64,000 nucleotides of DNA. Source: an uncultured bacterium. Its GTDB lineage: Bacteria; Cyanobacteriota; Vampirovibrionia; Gastranaerophilales; Gastranaerophilaceae. The stretch spans positions 21 through 64,020 of the forward strand of contig CASFGU010000023.1 of the NCBI GenBank assembly GCA_949294395.1. Direction: 5' to 3'. The notes beneath the pieces were generated by a model. It was not told the DNA's origin and searched no databases. It saw only the letters and a list, made by a program, of their open reading frames with translations. Both the position numbers and the translations under genes were made by a program. The number at the start of each line of letters is the position of its first letter. Position 1 is the stretch's first letter. Shown piece after piece: positions 56,021-64,000 of the stretch.

Positions 56021-57616
56021 TTACTGTGCGCTCAGATTAACGTATTTCGGATTATGAACGCCGTCAATTTTTTCTATTTCAGAAAGTACGTTCCCGTCAA
56101 CTTCTGAATCGACGTTAATAACCATAATAGATTCGGTTTCGTGTCTGTCGTTTTTCTGAACAACGTTCATCGAACCTATATTGATATTGTTTTCGCCGAT
56201 AACTTTTGCAACTTTCGCAATCATTGAAGGCTTGTTGATATGAGGTACAAGAAGCATGTGTTTTTGCGGGCGGATGCTTGTTTCGTAATCGTTAATCTTC
56301 ACGATACGCGGAATATCTTTTGCAACAAGCGCCCCTGCCACAGTGCAGGTGCCTTTATCCGTTGTAAGTTTTATTGTCAGAAGTCCTGCAAAGTTGCATT
56401 TAACTTTTGAGCGTGAAGATATAATATCAATGCCCCGTTTTTGGGCAATGAAAGGTGCGTTTACGTAATTCACACCTTCAAGCATAGAGGATAAAACACC
56501 TTTCAAAACTGCAACCTCAAGCGGCTGAATATCAAGTTCTGCAAGGTCTCCCTGAGCGGTAATTTCAATTTTCTTAATTTGTCCGCTGCACATTTGCATA
56601 GCAAGTTCGCCGGAGTTTTCTGCAATCTGCATGTAATCTTTGACAGGCTCAAGTTTATCAGGTCTAAGCGATGGAATATTTACTGCAGATGAAGCAGAGC
56701 CGCCTGAGAGAACTTCTTTAATCTGTTCTGCTACATCAATTGCGACGTTCATCTGGGCTTCCTGTGTGCTGGCGCCTAAATGCGGGGTAAGAACAATATT
56801 CCCTTCACAATGGATAAGCGGACATTCTGCAATATTCGGTTCGTTTTCGTAAACATCAATTGCTGTTCCTGCAACCTGTCCTGCTTCAATTGCGTCTTTC
56901 AAATCCTGTTCGTTAATAATTCCGCCCCTTGCACAGTTTACAAGTCTTACTCCTTTTTTCATTTTTGCAATTGTGTCTTTATTGATTAAATTTACTGTTT
57001 CTTTAGTCTTTGGAACGTGGACTGTTATAAAGTCGCATTTCCCCCAGAAATCGTCAATATCCGGAACATATTCCGCCCCATTTTTTTCAACGGTTTCTTT
57101 TGAGGCGTAAGGGTCATAAACAACAACCTTCATGCCGAGAGCCTGCGCAACTTCTGCCACGTGCGACCCTATTTTCCCGAGACCTATTATGCCGAGCGTT
57201 TTTTTGTAAAGTTCACATCCTGTGAATTTTGACCTGTCCCATCTTCCGGCTCTGGTGGAAGCGGCAGCAGGGGCAATGTTTCTTGCCATTGCAAGCATAA
57301 GCGCAATAGTGTGTTCTGCAGCAGCCATGGTGTTTCCGTCAGGAGAATTTACAACGATAATTCCTTTTTGAGTTGCGGCATCCACATCAATATTATCAAC
57401 GCCAACGCCTGCACGGCCGATTATTTTTAAGTTTTTGCCGGCTTCAATTACTTTTGCCGTAACTTTAGTCTGGCTTCTTACCATAAGAGCATCATACTGC
57501 GGAATAACTTTTATAAGTTCCTCTTCCGGCATTGTCGGAAGAAAGTCAGCTTCTGCCGCAGCCTCTATAATTTTTCCTGCAGCTTCATTAATTTTATCTG
57601 TTATTAAAACTTTCAT
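56021..57616 (-). CDS. serA: D-3-phosphoglycerate dehydrogenase (long form with ASB and ACT domains)
   Basis: [26 protein letters not shown] and TPHLGAST motifs, with a C-terminal ACT-like domain. Confidence 0.95.
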   Translation of the reverse strand: MKVLITDKINEAAGKIIEAAAEADFLPTMPEEELIKVIPQYDALMVRSQTKVTAKVIEAGKNLKIIGRAGVGVDNIDVDAATQKGIIVVNSPDGNTMAAAEHTIALMLAMARNIAPAAASTRAGRWDRSKFTGCELYKKTLGIIGLGKIGSHVAEVAQALGMKVVVYDPYASKETVEKNGAEYVPDIDDFWGKCDFITVHVPKTKETVNLINKDTIAKMKKGVRLVNCARGGIINEQDLKDAIEAGQVAGTAIDVYENEPNIAECPLIHCEGNIVLTPHLGASTQEAQMNVAIDVAEQIKEVLSGGSASSAVNIPSLRPDKLEPVKDYMQIAENSGELAMQMCSGQIKKIEITAQGDLAELDIQPLEVAVLKGVLSSMLEGVNYVNAPFIAQKRGIDIISSRSKVKCNFAGLLTIKLTTDKGTCTVAGALVAKDIPRIVKINDYETSIRPQKHMLLVPHINKPSMIAKVAKVIGENNINIGSMNVVQKNDRHETESIMVINVDSEVDGNVLSEIEKIDGVHNPKYVNLSAQ

Positions 57617-57686
57617 TATGCACCTTTCCTGTTAATTCTTGTTCTGAAAGACTCCCGAAATAAAGTCGGGAGTATAATTGAGAAAA

Positions 57687-58838
57687 TTATTTGCTTAATT
57701 CTTCAAGAAGTGTTTTTACGCCGTCGCCGGTGTTAAATTTGTGTCCGAGTTTTTGAAGCGAAGCTTCCAGCGCACCGACAGCAGATATTAAATCTCTGTC
57801 GCAGACAAACCCGAGGGTGCCCATTCTAAAGATTTTATCTTTAAGCTGGTTCTGACCGTTTGCAACGACTATATCGTAATCTTCCTTGAGCGTTTTTCTA
57901 ATATCCGGTACGGAAATACCCTCAGGCGGAAGAATTGATGTGATGGCATAACTTGCATTTTCGTCATTTTCAACAAGAAGTTTTAAATTAATTGCCTTTA
58001 AAGCTTTTCTAAGCGCCATAGCATGGCGTTTATGGCGGGCGTTCACATTATCGATACCTTCTTCTTTAATCATTTTCAGCGCCACATTTAGACCTGCAAT
58101 CAGGTTAACTGCAGGAGTGAACGGGGTAGAGTTTGCTCGGACGGATTTTCTGTGAGCTGCCCAGTCAAAATAAAATGACGGATGTTTGCATTGTTCATAA
58201 AGTTTCCAAGCTTTTTCATCTGCTGTCAGAAACGCAAGCCCCGGAGGTATCATAAAGCCTTTCTGAGAACCCGAAATAAGCACATCAATTCCCCACTCAT
58301 CAGGTTTGCAAGGCATTGCGCAGACGCTTGTTACGCCATCAACTACAGAAACAGCCCCGTGTTCTTTGATTATTGAACAGAGAGTTTTAACATCATTAGC
58401 CGCACCTGTTGAGGTTTCGCTATGGGTCAGGGTAACAATTTTAATTTCTTTATTTGTGTCTTCATCAAGCCGTTTTTTCAGAACTTCAGGGTCAATAACT
58501 TCTCCGGCTTGTACCTCAATTTTTTCAACTATGGCGCCGCGGGATTCTGCAATTTTTGCCCACCTGTTCCCGAAATTTCCTATAACAAGGCAGAGAACTC
58601 TGTCGCCTTCATTTACAAGGTTTTCAAGTGCCGCGCACATGGCCCCTGTTCCGCTTGAGGTGAACATAAACACATCATTTTTTGTTTGAAAAACGTATTT
58701 AAGGTTTTCGTAAACTTTTTCAAGTATGGAGGAAAATTCCGAACTCCTGTGGCCTATCGGGTGTTTTGCAATTTCCAGCAGTACGGATTCCGGTACCGGT
58801 GTAGGGCCTGGAATCATTAAAAATGTTTTGTCTTTCAT
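57687..58838 (-). CDS. class-V aminotransferase, probable phosphoserine aminotransferase of the serine operon
   Basis: PGPTPVP start and SGSQKG (PLP lysine). Operon context with serA and serB. RBS AAAGGAGGA. Confidence 0.8.
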   Translation of the reverse strand: MKDKTFLMIPGPTPVPESVLLEIAKHPIGHRSSEFSSILEKVYENLKYVFQTKNDVFMFTSSGTGAMCAALENLVNEGDRVLCLVIGNFGNRWAKIAESRGAIVEKIEVQAGEVIDPEVLKKRLDEDTNKEIKIVTLTHSETSTGAANDVKTLCSIIKEHGAVSVVDGVTSVCAMPCKPDEWGIDVLISGSQKGFMIPPGLAFLTADEKAWKLYEQCKHPSFYFDWAAHRKSVRANSTPFTPAVNLIAGLNVALKMIKEEGIDNVNARHKRHAMALRKALKAINLKLLVENDENASYAITSILPPEGISVPDIRKTLKEDYDIVVANGQNQLKDKIFRMGTLGFVCDRDLISAVGALEASLQKLGHKFNTGDGVKTLLEELSK

Positions 58839-58940
58839 TTGTGTATATCCTCCTTTTACTTATTATTAATATTGTTACTCATGTCACAGACAAGGGATAT
58901 TTTTTAATAAAAGTATATATATTTTTCGTAATATTTAAAG

Positions 58941-59118
58941 TTATGCAAGATTAAAACAAAATTTAACCTCAACGTAATGAGCAGCCGTTGTTCAGCGAAA
59001 TGTTGGCAAAAGCAAGTGCTGTCTGAGCGGCAGCGAGTTCACTTGCTTTGGATTGAGCTGATTACAGACGGCTAGCGAGTGTAGTTTCTGGTTAAATTTT
59101 TGTTTTAATCTTGTATAA
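58941..59118. repeat. 178-bp element with about 28-bp terminal inverted repeats and a GC-richer structured core (MITE-like or structured RNA)
   Basis: The left arm TTATGCAAGATTAAAACAAAATTTAACC matches the reverse complement of the right arm GGTTAAATTTTTGTTTTAATCTTGTATAA, with one mismatch and one 1-nt indel. Internal stem AAAGCAAGTG / CACTTGCTTT and others. Confidence 0.6.
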
Positions 59119-59143
59119 CTAAAATTAATATATATTTAAAAAC

Positions 59144-59174
59144 TTGACTGAGAGCTGATCCAAAGTGTTAATAT
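59144..59174 (+). promoter_or_regulatory. promoter TTGACT, 19 nt, TAATAT upstream of the flavoprotein gene
   Basis: Spacer counted as 19 nt. Shares ACTTGACTGAGAGC with the promoter at 60722-60752. The -10 box ends 6 nt before the ATG. Confidence 0.5.
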
Positions 59175-59180
59175 AAAATA

Positions 59181-59816
59181 ATGGATAGAAGAAATTTTAT
59201 TAAAAGCACAGTTATTGCTGCAGCAGGTGCTGCCGTTATCGGTACGGCCATCGGTTTTGAAGCGAATAAAACAGGAGGGAAAAAGATGAAGATACTTGTT
59301 ATTACCGGAAGTCCGAGAAAGAACGGGAATTCAAATACTTTAGCAGATAATTTTATAAAAGGTGCTGAAGAAGCCGGCCATTCAGTTGTCCGGTTTGATG
59401 CTGCATTTAAAAATGTTCACCCGTGTGTTGCCTGCAATAAATGCGGAATGAATGGGGAGTGCGTTTTTAAGGATGATTTTGAATTTGTGAAAGCTAATAT
59501 CGTGGATGCAGATTGTGTTGTCTTTGCAACCCCTATGTATTATTTTGGAATTTCAGCCCAGCTTAAGGCTGTTATTGACCGGTTTTATGCTATCAACGGT
59601 AAAATCCACGTTTCTAAAAAAGGGGTTCTTCTTATGACTTACGCTGATACCTCAGAACGGACAGCACAGCCTATAATCAGTCATTACGAGACACTGTTAC
59701 GTTATCTCGGATGGATGGATGCAGGAAAGATTATTGCTTCCGGCGTCTGGAATGCTGGAGATGTAAATAATACTCAGTACACGCAAAAAGCTTATGAACT
59801 CGGAGAAAATATTTAA
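59181..59816 (+). CDS. flavodoxin-fold NADPH-dependent FMN reductase / iron-sulfur flavoprotein-like protein with Tat-type signal
   Basis: MDRRNFIKSTVIAAAGAAV is a twin-arginine motif (RRxFIK). The core is MKILVITGSPRKNGNSN...CVACNKCGMNGEC. An internal ATG at 59286 follows AGGAGGG. Confidence 0.7.
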   Translation: MDRRNFIKSTVIAAAGAAVIGTAIGFEANKTGGKKMKILVITGSPRKNGNSNTLADNFIKGAEEAGHSVVRFDAAFKNVHPCVACNKCGMNGECVFKDDFEFVKANIVDADCVVFATPMYYFGISAQLKAVIDRFYAINGKIHVSKKGVLLMTYADTSERTAQPIISHYETLLRYLGWMDAGKIIASGVWNAGDVNNTQYTQKAYELGENI

Positions 59817-59822
59817 AATTTT

Positions 59823-59858
59823 AAAAAGAGACGCCGGTATTTAAGGCGCCTCTTTTTG
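59823..59858. terminator. bidirectional terminator
   Basis: AAAGAGACGCC-ggtatttaa-GGCGCCTCTTT, one mismatch, flanked by an A-run and a T-run, between convergent genes. Confidence 0.6.
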
Positions 59859-59860
59859 TT

Positions 59861-60694
59861 TTACATTGCCTCTTTTAAAGTTTTGAGAGCCTTAATAGTG
59901 TTCGGAAAACCTACATAGGGCAGGCACTGGATTATTGCGGCAGTAATTGTTTCTTTGGAATTTCCTGCTTTCAAATTGCCTTTAATGTGGCTTTTTAAAG
60001 TTTCTGAATTGCCGGTTGTGACAAGAATACTTATTACAAGAAGTTCTCTTGTTTTCAAATCAAGACCTTCTCTTGTATAGAAATCACCAAAACAGACTTC
60101 TGTTAAAAATCTTGCAACCTCTGCTCCTGTATCATCAGGAAGTCCTTCTAAAGATTTTTTGATTTCATCGCCGTAGAGCGGATCTTGAATTGCCGAGCCT
60201 TTTTCGAATCTTTCTTCCTCTTTTACAGTTGCGGTGCTCTCAAGCGGAGTTTTAATGTTTCTTTCTTTGAATACCTGATTTAAAACCTCAAGTGCATTAA
60301 GGGTTTTCGGGAAGCCGATAAAAGGTGCGCACTGATAAATGGCTTCTCTCAGTTCAACAGGAGTAACCCCGACATTTAATGCAGCATTGATATGTGCTTT
60401 TAACTGCGGGAGGGTGTGCTGAACTGCAAGCGAGGTTACGGTAATCATTTCCCTTGTTTTATTGTCAAGTTCTCCCACAGTGAATACTTCACCGAAAATG
60501 TATTTCTGCAAAATTGCAAGCATCTCAGGGTCATTGCCGGATGTAGATAGGGCTTCCCCTCCAAAAAGTGCATTGTAATTCTTTTTGCAGATTTCTGTGC
60601 GGGGAAGCGGGGTGTCAGTTCCTGTCGTAGCTATTGCTGAAGCTGTCTGTGCCAAGATTGCTGTTGCCGCTATTGCTGCTATTTTCTTTTTCAT
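59861..60694 (-). CDS. secreted carboxymuconolactone-decarboxylase (CMD/AhpD-like) family protein, two CMD repeats
   Basis: Signal peptide. Two copies of the pattern L..KTRE...V..L......L..H......G.....E......Q...Y.GFP...... Confidence 0.8.
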   Translation of the reverse strand: MKKKIAAIAATAILAQTASAIATTGTDTPLPRTEICKKNYNALFGGEALSTSGNDPEMLAILQKYIFGEVFTVGELDNKTREMITVTSLAVQHTLPQLKAHINAALNVGVTPVELREAIYQCAPFIGFPKTLNALEVLNQVFKERNIKTPLESTATVKEEERFEKGSAIQDPLYGDEIKKSLEGLPDDTGAEVARFLTEVCFGDFYTREGLDLKTRELLVISILVTTGNSETLKSHIKGNLKAGNSKETITAAIIQCLPYVGFPNTIKALKTLKEAM

Positions 60695-60721
60695 AATTTT
60701 TCTCCTTATTTTACCAATAAA

Positions 60722-60752
60722 ATTTTACACCATTAGAGCTGCTCTCAGTCAA
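60722..60752 (-). promoter_or_regulatory. promoter TTGACT, 19 nt, TAAAAT upstream of the CMD gene
   Basis: On the minus strand: CACTTGACTGAGAGCAGCTCTAATGGTGTAAAAT. Spacer counted as 19 nt and contains the palindrome AGAGC-A-GCTCT. Confidence 0.5.
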
Positions 60753-60805
60753 GTGAAAAGTTTTTTATGATACAATTATTTTTATAAAAAATAAACAAAA
60801 TGTTT

Positions 60806-60918
60806 TCTAGGGTTCCGCGGCACCTGCCGGCTGGTCCGAGAGAAAACTCACTTATAAAAGGTGTACACGGAGGGAAAAAAGCCCGGGAGATAATTGAAAC
60901 TTATCTCGCGGTTTTTTT
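60806..60918 (+). promoter_or_regulatory. guanidine-I (ykkC) riboswitch with intrinsic terminator expression platform
   Basis: CTAGGGTTCCGCGG...CTGGTCCGAGAG...ACACGGAGGGAAAAAAGCCCGGGAGA matches the conserved ykkC cores. The terminator stem CCGGGAGATAA / TTATCTCGCGG plus T7 overlaps the aptamer 3' end. A sugE/gdx gene lies downstream. Confidence 0.9.
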
Positions 60919-60946
60919 ATGTAATCAAAAAGAAAGGAGAAACTTT

Positions 60947-61264
60947 ATGGAATGGATTGTTTTATTAATTGCAGGACTTTTTGAAATAAGCTGGGCAATA
61001 GGGTTAAAGTATTCGCACGGGTTTACGCAGATTGTACCGTCAGTTCTTACTGTAATCTGTATGATAGCGAGTTTTTATTTTCTTGCACTGGCGCTTAAAA
61101 GTCTGCCTCTTGGAACGGCTTACGCTGTGTGGACGGGAATTGGCACTATCGGAACGGTTATTCTCGGAATTATTCTTTTTAAAGAACCCGTTACCGCGGT
61201 GAGGATATTTTGTATTGCGTTAATTGTAAGCGGAATTACAGGACTCAAACTCATTTCAAATTAA
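60947..61264 (+). CDS. sugE: SMR-family guanidinium exporter (SugE/Gdx)
   Basis: 105 aa, 4 TM. MEWIVLLIAGLFEISWAIGLKYS with the conserved membrane Glu. GTAYAVWTGIG. RBS AAAGGAGA. Confidence 0.9.
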   Translation: MEWIVLLIAGLFEISWAIGLKYSHGFTQIVPSVLTVICMIASFYFLALALKSLPLGTAYAVWTGIGTIGTVILGIILFKEPVTAVRIFCIALIVSGITGLKLISN

Positions 61265-61340
61265 AAATAAAATATTTTTTAATATCACCGTATCTGACAT
61301 ACCTCTTTCTTAAAATATAGATAAGAAAGGATTTGTGTAT

Positions 61341-63341
61341 ATGGATAATTTTGAAAAGAAAGTATTTTTAACTTATTATTTTAACCTTGAATCGTTTTTC
61401 TTTTATGAGCGCTATTCTTATGATGAACTTCTGGACGAACTTATAAAAGAGTTTATGGATATTTCCGGGATTGTACCGACAAAGGGGCTTGAACTTTCAA
61501 GGAAGAAGCTTAACGGTATCGTAAGAAAAAATAACCACCTGCTTAAAAATTATTTAAAAGAAAAATTAATGACAGAAAAGTCGCATTCATCAATTGAGAA
61601 GAAGTGTGAACTTATTGCAAAAACATATTCTCTCTCTCCGACAGAGTATCAAATATTTATTTATTACCTTGTAAAGGCTTTTAATGAGGCAATTTTCGAC
61701 AATATGCTGAAAAGTACGAATATTGACGGTGCAAATTCAAGAGCAGTATGCCAGAACGTTTTGAACCTGAAATCGTTTTTCGGACTCCGTTCTCTAAAAA
61801 GTCTTGTGCAGAAAGGACTGTTGACCAAACAGACATATTCACGTTTTGAGTACGAAATGAATTCGCTTATATACGAAATTTTTCAAAATCCTGATATAAA
61901 AACAGAAAAGCAGATTATGGAACTTCTTCTCGGCAAACATCAGAAATCCGAGCTTTGCTGGAGTGATTTTGAATATATTAAGAATGAAAGAGATCTGACG
62001 CTTAATATTCTTACCGCAGCCGTAAAAAATCAGACAAAAGGGGTAAATATTCTGCTGTATGGTGATGTCGGAACCGGAAAAACCCAGCTGTGCAAGCTTA
62101 TTGCAAATAAAGCCGGCATTAATATGTATTCGGTGAAAATGCAGATAAATTCTCAGGAGGCTGACAGACGCGGCAGGCTGGGGGATTTGAAGTCAAAACA
62201 GACGATTCTCTCAAAACTCGGAAATTCCTGTATTCTGTTCGATGAGGCGGAAGATGTCATGAACAGAGGGTTTACTGAATACGGGTCTGCCTCGAAAGCC
62301 TATATGAACTCTATTCTGGAAGATACTCCGGTGCCTGTTTTCTGGACAACAAATAATATTTATGACGTTGATCCGGCTTTTTTGCGCAGAATGACTTATT
62401 CTATTGAATTTGAAAAATTGAGCGACGATATAAGATTAAACATCTGGAAGCGGGTTATAAAGAAAAATAAGTTCAAAGTAGATAATAAAAAACTGGTTGA
62501 GCTGAATAAGGCCTACGATATTCCTCCGTCATTGATTACAAATGCTGTAAAATCCGCACGACTTATTGACGGAAATCAGGAGGATTTTGAGGTTTTTGTG
62601 GAGAATGTTGCCAGAGTTGTTACTAAAAAGAAAAACGTGAAAAAGAAGAAAGAGTTTGAAATGACAGAATATAATGATAATTTAGTTAATACAGATATAG
62701 ATATAAAAGATTTGACCTCAAAAATAAAATCGTGCGGCCGGCTGAATTTTTCGCTCTGCCTTTACGGTGAACCCGGAACAGGCAAGAGCCTTTACGCAAG
62801 GTATCTTGCAAAAGAATTAGGAATTGAAGTTATTCTGAAACGGGCAAGCGATTTGATGTCAATGTATGTAGGAGAAACTGAACATAATATAGCGGAAGCT
62901 TTCGCGGAAGCTAAAGCCAAAAAAGCTATGCTGATTATAGATGAGGCGGATTCTTTTTTGCATACAAGAAATTCTGCACAGCGCCGGTGGGAAGTTTCGC
63001 AGGTTAATGAGATGCTTACCTGGATGGAAGCTCACGAGTATCCGTTTGTGTGTACAACCAACCTCCTTGATACACTTGATGAGGCAAGCCTTAGAAGATT
63101 TACATTTAAAATTAAATTTGACTTTATGAAAAAAGAACAGGTGGAAAATGCGTTTGAACACTTTTTCGGGATAAAGGATGCTGATGTAAATATAAAAGGG
63201 TTGACCGCCGGTGATTTTTCGACGGTTAAAAAGAAAGCGGATTTTCTCGGGATAAATACTGAGGCAGAACTTTCAAAGATGCTGGAGGATGAAGTCAAAA
63301 TTAAAAAATCAACTTCACTTAAAAATGTTGTCGGATTTTAG
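61341..63341 (+). CDS. tandem AAA+ ATPase (two classical AAA modules) with unknown ~230-aa N-terminal domain
   Basis: Walker A LYGDVGTGKT and LYGEPGTGKS. Walker B ILFDEAED and LIIDEADS. Second region of homology / Arg fingers PAFLRRM and EASLRRF. Confidence 0.8.
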   Translation: MDNFEKKVFLTYYFNLESFFFYERYSYDELLDELIKEFMDISGIVPTKGLELSRKKLNGIVRKNNHLLKNYLKEKLMTEKSHSSIEKKCELIAKTYSLSPTEYQIFIYYLVKAFNEAIFDNMLKSTNIDGANSRAVCQNVLNLKSFFGLRSLKSLVQKGLLTKQTYSRFEYEMNSLIYEIFQNPDIKTEKQIMELLLGKHQKSELCWSDFEYIKNERDLTLNILTAAVKNQTKGVNILLYGDVGTGKTQLCKLIANKAGINMYSVKMQINSQEADRRGRLGDLKSKQTILSKLGNSCILFDEAEDVMNRGFTEYGSASKAYMNSILEDTPVPVFWTTNNIYDVDPAFLRRMTYSIEFEKLSDDIRLNIWKRVIKKNKFKVDNKKLVELNKAYDIPPSLITNAVKSARLIDGNQEDFEVFVENVARVVTKKKNVKKKKEFEMTEYNDNLVNTDIDIKDLTSKIKSCGRLNFSLCLYGEPGTGKSLYARYLAKELGIEVILKRASDLMSMYVGETEHNIAEAFAEAKAKKAMLIIDEADSFLHTRNSAQRRWEVSQVNEMLTWMEAHEYPFVCTTNLLDTLDEASLRRFTFKIKFDFMKKEQVENAFEHFFGIKDADVNIKGLTAGDFSTVKKKADFLGINTEAELSKMLEDEVKIKKSTSLKNVVGF

Positions 63342-63403
63342 CCTCCGGCAGATTTTTGAATGGTAAATGGCACGAACGCTTGAAAAAAGAGAAATTATAT
63401 TGT

Positions 63404-64000
63404 ATGAATATTAATACGTCCGGAAATGGCAATTCTTATTTTTATAATGGAGTTATGGAAATGGAAGAAAAACCGAGATATTCAAGAGTTTCAGATATAA
63501 TTTCTCTTTTGCTTTTAATGCAGTCAAAATTAAACGGCGTATCGCTTGCTGATATTCAGGAGGAGTTTCACGTATCAAGAAGAACAGCCGAGAGAATGCG
63601 TGACAGCATTTTGAATATAATGCCGCAGATTGAAGAAATAGAAACAGATGACAGGTGCAAGCGCTGGGGCTTTAGACGTTTTTCGCTGGGTGAATTTGTG
63701 TCATTTACGCCGGATGAGGTGGCCGCTATTGAAAAAATAAAGACGGATTGCGATGAAATTACCTGCAGAGATTTGCAGAGCGTTATTAACAAAATAAAAA
63801 CCCTTAACCGCAGACGTATCAACAGTATGGAAGATGAAGTGGAGTTTCTTCTCCGGAGCGAGGGGTGTGCAATCAGACAGGCGCCTGTGTATAAGATTGA
63901 TTTGAATACAGTTTCAATAATCCGTCAGGCAATCAGGGAAAAGTTAAAAGTAAAAGCGGTTTATAACGGGAAAAATAAAATTCTGTCGCCGCTCGGGCTG
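63404..64000 (+). CDS. HTH plus WYL-domain transcriptional regulator (partial, runs off the window end)
   Basis: My own translation; it is not in the track because there is no stop. RYSRVSDIISLLLLMQSKLNGVSLADIQEEFHVSRRTAERMRD is YafY/DeoR-type HTH. The later ...LKVKAVYNGKNKILSPLGL looks like the start of a WYL domain. The start could also be the ATG at 63455 or 63461. Confidence 0.6.
   Translation, partial: MNINTSGNGNSYFYNGVMEMEEKPRYSRVSDIISLLLLMQSKLNGVSLADIQEEFHVSRRTAERMRDSILNIMPQIEEIETDDRCKRWGFRRFSLGEFVSFTPDEVAAIEKIKTDCDEITCRDLQSVINKIKTLNRRRINSMEDEVEFLLRSEGCAIRQAPVYKIDLNTVSIIRQAIREKLKVKAVYNGKNKILSPLGL

Noticed and set aside
57651-57673. Hairpin ACTCCCGA/TCGGGAGT between the aminotransferase and serA, considered as an attenuator or T-box-like element
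   Set aside because: It is only an 8-bp stem with a poor U-run and no conserved leader features. It is more likely an intercistronic stabiliser or a weak terminator, and is not reportable as a regulatory RNA.
60800-60946. N-terminal 49 codons of the track ORF 60800-61264
   Set aside because: This stretch is the guanidine-I riboswitch and its terminator. The SMR protein starts at 60947 with a proper RBS.

Overview
This is a 64-kb chromosomal window from a low-GC diderm bacterium. The diderm call rests on TolC, a POTRA/TpsB transporter, TonB-C-like and MlaD-like genes. ORFs are contiguous under the standard code; I cannot assign a taxon from sequence alone. I call about 47 protein genes and saw no rRNA, tRNA, CRISPR array, transposase or integrase. 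Housekeeping content: gdhA; a serine-biosynthesis operon (class-V aminotransferase, serA, serB); cutA; ybaK; a Zn/Cd-type P1B ATPase with a divergent SmtB/CzrA-type ArsR repressor and three operator repeats; and a guanidine-I (ykkC) riboswitch in front of a sugE/gdx SMR exporter. Most of the window is cell-surface or accessory. (1) A GT6 (blood-group-transferase-like) glycosyltransferase carries an in-frame G13 tract, a likely phase-variation switch. (2) Five prepilin-type genes cluster together. Three are large paralogous glycine/cysteine-rich proteins that share a modular core and all end in ...G-A-[AIV]-V-I-[IV]-W-stop. (3) A five-gene envelope operon encodes a MlaD-like protein, two TonB-C-like proteins, an FHA-like polytopic membrane protein and a TrbI/VirB10-like protein; a VWA gene lies divergent to it. 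(4) There is an orphan 1168-aa TpsA-like exoprotein. (5) A 5295-aa TpsA (filamentous-haemagglutinin-type) giant gene lies divergent from its TpsB. It ends in a canonical PilZ (RxxxR...DxSxxG) c-di-GMP-receptor-like domain. (6) One protein fuses a phage MuF-like motif to a serum-amyloid-A-like domain, and a small Cys-rich membrane protein follows it. (7) A 178-bp element with about 28-bp terminal inverted repeats sits next to two promoters that share a 14-nt motif and have 19-bp spacers (MerR-like geometry). (8) A double-AAA+ ATPase is followed by an HTH-WYL regulator that runs off the window end. The candidates I would pursue first are the pilin-fused glycine-rich family and the PilZ-terminated giant exoprotein.
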